Shown here: positions 62,001 through 64,000 of the stretch, piece after piece
Position numbering within the stretch: the stretch's first letter is position 1
Layout: every line of letters begins with the position of its first letter
Source of the DNA: Pristiophorus japonicus
Lineage: Eukaryota
DNA: 64,000 nt
Direction of reading: 5' to 3'
Assembly (NCBI RefSeq): GCF_044704955.1
Contig: NC_091985.1
Span: 203,980,001 to 204,044,000, forward strand
Notes under the pieces: generated by a model
Databases searched by the model: none
What the model was told of the DNA's origin: nothing
Seen by the model: the letters and a program-made list of their open reading frames with translations, nothing else
Program-made: the position numbers and the translations under genes

Positions 62001-64000
62001 AGCAGCGTCAAGAGCTGCTTACGGACACTCTGCCTTTTTTCCAGCGAGTAGAAGAAGGGGGAGCCGCGGTCCAGATCCCGCAGGAACCGGATCCGCGACC
62101 TCACGAACGCGCCTCGGGACCCGACGAGCTGCAGGTCCTTCAGCGCGGCCTTCTTCGCTTCGTACACCGTCCGCAGGGCCGGGTCCTGGACGACTTGACC
62201 GAGACGGGCTTCCAGGTCGAGCACCTCTTTTTCTAGGCGCCCGACTCTGGCCGCCCGCCTCTTGGTCGACCCCCTCGCGTACTCTTGACAGAAGACGCGG
62301 ACGTGAGCCTTGCCCACGTCCCACCATAGCCTCAAGGAGGGGAAGCCCCCCTGCTTCCTTCTCCAGTCGGACCAGAATCGACGGAACGAGTCCTGGAACC
62401 GCACGTCCTCCAGCAGCCGGTTGTTAAAGTGCCAGTACGCGGACCCCGTCCTCGCGCGGAGCGAAGCGAGCTCCGCCCACACCAGGTGGTGGTCCGAACA
62501 CGGCACCGGCCGCATGGAGGCCGCCGGGACGCAGGAAACGTACGCCCGAGACACGTAAAGGCGGTCGACTCTAGACCATCCAACTCCAGGCCTCACCCAA
62601 GTAAAGGCGCTGGAGTCGGGGTGGAGATTTCGCCAGACGTCCACCAAGTCGAAGGACCCGACCAGGTCCCTCAACTTCTCCATCGCCGTCATGCACTGCG
62701 GGGCACCGGAGCGGTCCCTCGCCTCGAGGGTGCAGTTAAAATCCCCCCCGAGGACAATGCAGTCGCCGACGTCGACGGAGCCAAGAAGAGCGGACACCTC
62801 TTCAAAGAAGCGCGTTTGCTGCGGGCCGGGATGAGGGGCGTACACGTTCACGAGATAGAGCGGCACGTCCCCCAGGCGAACCGTTACGTGCAGCAAGCGG
62901 CCTGGCACGGGCTCCTCGACCCCCAAGATCTCCGGCTGAAAAGCGGGCCCAGCAAGATGGCCACCCCACTAGAAATGGCGGTGAGGTGGCTCATGCGGAC
63001 CTCTCCTTGCCATTCCAGGAGCCACGTGGCTTCGTCTCCCGGAACGGTGTGGGTTTCTTGCAGGAAGCACACCGCATATTTCCCCTCCCGCAGGAGCGAA
63101 AAATTGTCAAATCTACGGCGTGCCCCTCTGCCGCCGTTGATGTTGAGGCTGGCTATGGTTATCTTCATGGCAAAAGCATAGTGCAACCTCTACCTTAACC
63201 TATTGTGGGGGAGGGAGCGGAGTCTTTTGTTGAACTCCGCTCCCTCCGCAGCCCAGCGAGGAGTCCCTCGAGCTCGCGCAGCTCAAGGTGCTGCTCCTTT
63301 GTCAAGGGCCCGCCCGCGGCCAAGGTTTTAACGGCGGCGCGGACGGACCCCTTGATCAGCTCCGGCTCGGACCATTTTTCCAGGGCCAGTCGGGCTTGGT
63401 CGCGGCGACCCCGGCTCTGGGCCAAAAAGTCCCGGAGTTCCTTTGCAGGAACGAGGAGGGCCTCAGCGGCGGCCGCGAGCAGATCCACCGCCTCACTGGC
63501 GGTGGTCTCTAGGTCTTCACCCGCGTCCCCCACCGAGTCCCCGTCCTCCTCCGGGAGGTGGCCGCCAGCAGCCGGCCCATCGACCGCACAAGGTACGGCA
63601 AATGAACCGGCCGCTCCAACCGGCCCTGGCACTGCCCCGATCCCACCCCCAGGATCGTCGGCAGAGGAGTCCCCACTGGGCTCTTTTAAAAATGGTGCCG
63701 GGTCGGGAAATGACAGCGGAAGGGGTTCCCCCTCCGCCCCAGGAACCGGAGAACAAGGAGAGACCCGGCCATAGGAAATCCCCAGGCCCTCCAAGTGCTC
63801 CAGCTCCAAAGTAAGGGGCGAGGGTGGGTGTTCCTCCCCCTCCCCGCTGCCACCCCCCGGCCCAGCATCTACAGTTTCATTAAAATCAATATATTTTGTT
63901 TCTGCCGGGTCGAGCAACTCCCGGGGGAAGTTGGGTAATAGCTGGGCGGGCTCAGGTTCGGCCTTTTCGGCCTCGCCCGCCTCAGTCCCCGGGACGCCCG
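59026..64000 (-). mobile_element. Tx1-clade retrotransposon, unit 3 (continues beyond the window)
   Basis: 3' UTR, ORF2 and the C-terminal part of ORF1 (63195 onward). Confidence 0.95.
59270..63168 (-). pseudogene. Tx1 ORF2, unit 3, with a 1-nt frameshift in the APE domain
   Basis: CTGAAAATGCGGG (units 1 and 2) versus CTGAAAAGCGGG at ~62936-62947; the ORF splits into 62884-63186 and 59270-62926. Confidence 0.85.

Noticed and set aside
44877-63868. Many overlapping and antisense ORFs inside the Tx1 units
   Set aside because: These are by-products of high GC content and have no recognisable domains.
44630-64000. Tx1 triplication as an assembly artefact
   Set aside because: The units differ by many substitutions and have distinct UTR haplotypes and distinct lesions.

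Overview
Vertebrate genomic DNA, most likely from a cartilaginous fish (inferred from the CR1/Penelope repertoire and zinc-finger gene style). From 5' to 3' the window holds: nested, decayed CR1 LINEs (1-5.8 kb); a 14-finger C2H2 zinc-finger ORF with flanking remnants (5.8-9.4 kb); a replication-dependent histone cluster (H1, H4, H3 broken by a 135-N run, H2A, a nonsense-truncated H2B, a second H2A, an H4 fragment and a second H2B; the seven genes have intact 3' stem-loops; 11.9-22.4 kb); a CpG/NRF1 promoter, several minisatellites (one built from the CR1 3' tail), more CR1 copies and a Penelope-like element (22.4-44.6 kb); and a head-to-tail array of at least three ~7.2-kb Tx1-clade (L1 group) non-LTR retrotransposons inserted in a CR1 RT gene (44.6-64 kb). 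The Tx1 system is the most notable. (i) Both inter-unit junctions carry the same 16-mer, GGTCCTTGTTCCTGAA, which matches 14/16 of the CR1 sequence at the array's insertion point; this suggests self-targeting or RNA-DNA-pairing-assisted target choice. (ii) The elements have no terminal poly(A) and instead end in a hairpin / internal A-tract / hairpin / terminal-hairpin module finishing in GAGU. (iii) Two short solo insertions with 14-bp TSDs (one in the H2A promoter, one from a diverged sister family) define the 3' terminus and show that this architecture is partly conserved.
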